57,080 bases of DNA from an uncultured Candidatus Saccharibacteria bacterium (GTDB taxonomy: Bacteria > Patescibacteriota > Minisyncoccia > Phycocordibacterales > Phycocordibacteraceae): positions 1 to 57,080 of the forward strand of contig CAYYQT010000003.1 in NCBI GenBank assembly GCA_964473795.1, given 5' to 3'. The notes under the pieces are model-generated. The model did no database searches. It saw nothing but the letters and a program-made list of their open reading frames with translations, and had not been told where the DNA came from. This document shows positions 55,608 to 57,080 of the stretch, piece by piece. Within the stretch, counting starts at the first letter, position 1; every line of letters starts with the position of its first letter. The position numbers and the translations under genes were made by a program.

Positions 55608-55925
55608 TTAAGATGCCGTTTTAGGCAAATTAAGTGAAACAATATCTTCCGTAACTTCTCGTACTGATTCACGCATAGCATCATCAGCATTTTTAACACG
55701 TTGTTTCAAAAAAGAAACTACTGACTCACCGTCTGCGTTACTATCCATCAACTTGTTAAAATCGTTACGAGTTCCAGTATCCATTTTTTCAATCAGACGC
55801 ATCAACGTGCTTTGAAAAATTGTATCAGAAACATCAACAAGTAACTGTTCTTGCTCTTGCTCAGTATACTCCGACAAACCCATTGCCTCAAAAAGCTTTT
55901 CTGTTGGTGATATTGTATTTGTCAT
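55608..55925 (-). CDS. Small acidic helical protein (DUF5663-like, assignment from memory)
   Basis: 105 aa. The ..MGLSEYTEQEQEQLLVDVSDTIFQSTLMRLIEKM....FNKLM......VVSFLKQRV.. pattern recalls a Patescibacteria-enriched DUF. Confidence 0.45.
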   Translation of the reverse strand: MTNTISPTEKLFEAMGLSEYTEQEQEQLLVDVSDTIFQSTLMRLIEKMDTGTRNDFNKLMDSNADGESVVSFLKQRVKNADDAMRESVREVTEDIVSLNLPKTAS

Positions 55926-55936
55926 AATTAACTAAT

Positions 55937-57080
55937 TTAGTGTACAACAGATTTTAATGTATTTGGATCTATGTGCTTAACAACTGCACCAGAAGCGTCT
56001 TTAACTAACGAAAAACTTTGTAGTAACTCCTTATCCGCTGGATATACAGGAGATTCATTTATGGTTAATGAGTTTACTCCTGAAGCAGGACCATTTCCAC
56101 CTCTTTCAAATAGGACCTTTGCTCCAGAATGTTTTGTAAGGTACTGATAAGCAACAAGATGCCTTGCTGGCTGGTCTCCACCATAAACAACTATATCACC
56201 ATTAACGTTGGTATATAGATGAGTTTCATTAATAGGAACACTTAAATTGCCAATACCTGGAACATATTCCATTGGTTCACTAGCACCTACGCTATCAGCA
56301 CGATTTAAGAAATGCTCTAGTGTTTCGTTCTCTGTAGGACCAACACCAGAACGCTCAACTACGTCCATAAGTCTTTCGTGTAGTTGAGAAGGAATCCCAG
56401 GAGATTGGTAAAATACCTCATAGAAAGAAGCGTTAGCATGTCTACCAAGAACCTCAGGACTTAACAACTCAGTAACCTCACCATGCAGAGTAACCGGTCC
56501 TGTTACTGTAGGAATAGTTTCAGAAACATTTGGAGTTAACGGTGTCGGCATTTTATCTGACACATTACCATCTGCAACGTTTGGCATTTCATGTGGATAT
56601 GATGGGTTTACATTTTTTATATCAGACTCGTTTACATCACCAACATATGTATTTATATTGTTTTGATCCTTTACATACTGACCGTCAAATTTATCGAAGG
56701 TTTGACCGTACGAAGTATTTCCATCAGTTGTCTTTTCAAGAACATGAGTACCGTTACTATTTGTAAAAATCAACTCTCCTTTGTTTGGGTCATACGAAAG
56801 AGTATCGTTTGTATGCATTAACGCGCTTTCATCTGGTTTTGCGAAACCATATTCAGTAGATAGTGCGTGCAATCGTGTAGCCAAAATATGCCTAACTTCT
56901 GGTGGTGCTGTATTAATATCTGGATATGCACTACGTAACGATTCTTTCAAATGCCCAAAAAGAGCGTCTGCACCATCTCCCTTCCCTTCGCTTACAGAAA
57001 TAATATCTTGTATCTGAGAACTAGCGGCACTTTCCAAACCGGACAGTTTAATAGGCTCACCAACGTTTTGTATTGGTGTA
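55937..57080 (-). CDS. Hypothetical protein, 5'-partial (reading frame stays open to the window edge)
   Basis: The track lists 55937..57037 from a TTG. The same frame has no stop between 57038 and 57079 (..TPIQNVGEPIKLSG-LESAASS..), so the gene probably starts beyond the window. No recognisable domain. Confidence 0.6.
   Translation of the reverse strand, partial: TPIQNVGEPIKLSGLESAASSQIQDIISVSEGKGDGADALFGHLKESLRSAYPDINTAPPEVRHILATRLHALSTEYGFAKPDESALMHTNDTLSYDPNKGELIFTNSNGTHVLEKTTDGNTSYGQTFDKFDGQYVKDQNNINTYVGDVNESDIKNVNPSYPHEMPNVADGNVSDKMPTPLTPNVSETIPTVTGPVTLHGEVTELLSPEVLGRHANASFYEVFYQSPGIPSQLHERLMDVVERSGVGPTENETLEHFLNRADSVGASEPMEYVPGIGNLSVPINETHLYTNVNGDIVVYGGDQPARHLVAYQYLTKHSGAKVLFERGGNGPASGVNSLTINESPVYPADKELLQSFSLVKDASGAVVKHIDPNTLKSVVH

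Overview
AT-rich, very compact, mostly minus-strand bacterial chromosome segment. I infer a Patescibacteria/CPR (Parcubacteria-like) genome from the minimal housekeeping set, small orphan membrane proteins, VirB2-like mini-pilins, a giant repeat surface protein and core genes without Shine-Dalgarno motifs. Housekeeping genes recognised: lepA, murJ, a Wzy-like/TPR membrane protein, class II RNR (nrdJ), a ZIP transporter, trmD, a KH protein, rpsP, NUDIX, recG, GNAT, DedA, leuS, ychF, a complete F-type ATP synthase operon (atpBEFHA-[yjjX-like]-GDC), def-fmt, hpf, holB-like, ddl, uvrC, uvrA, uvrB, a two-component pair, tgt and an FKBP PPIase. RNA genes found by eye: RNase P RNA (rnpB) and three tRNAs: Gly-CCC, Ser-GCU and an unusual Ile-UAU. 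No rRNA, CRISPR array, transposase, integrase or reverse transcriptase was seen. Most interesting regions: (1) a 1751-aa surface protein (7-bladed beta-propeller plus an FN3-like array), transcribed divergently from a MacB-type ABC pair whose ATPase carries a duplicated HhH-like tail. (2) A tandem pair of VirB2/TrbC-like mini-pilin genes beside the atp operon. (3) A ~3.6-kb accessory islet next to tRNA-Ser, holding a duplicated promoter cassette, a hairpin-dense non-coding block, an overlapping two-gene cassette and a decayed gene with an in-frame TGA. (4) A GC-rich lipoprotein islet bracketed by long hairpins. (5) A tgt gene lacking the CxCxxC zinc motif. (6) A NTPase gene inserted inside the atp operon. 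All family assignments rest on motif recognition by eye and need HMM or structure confirmation.
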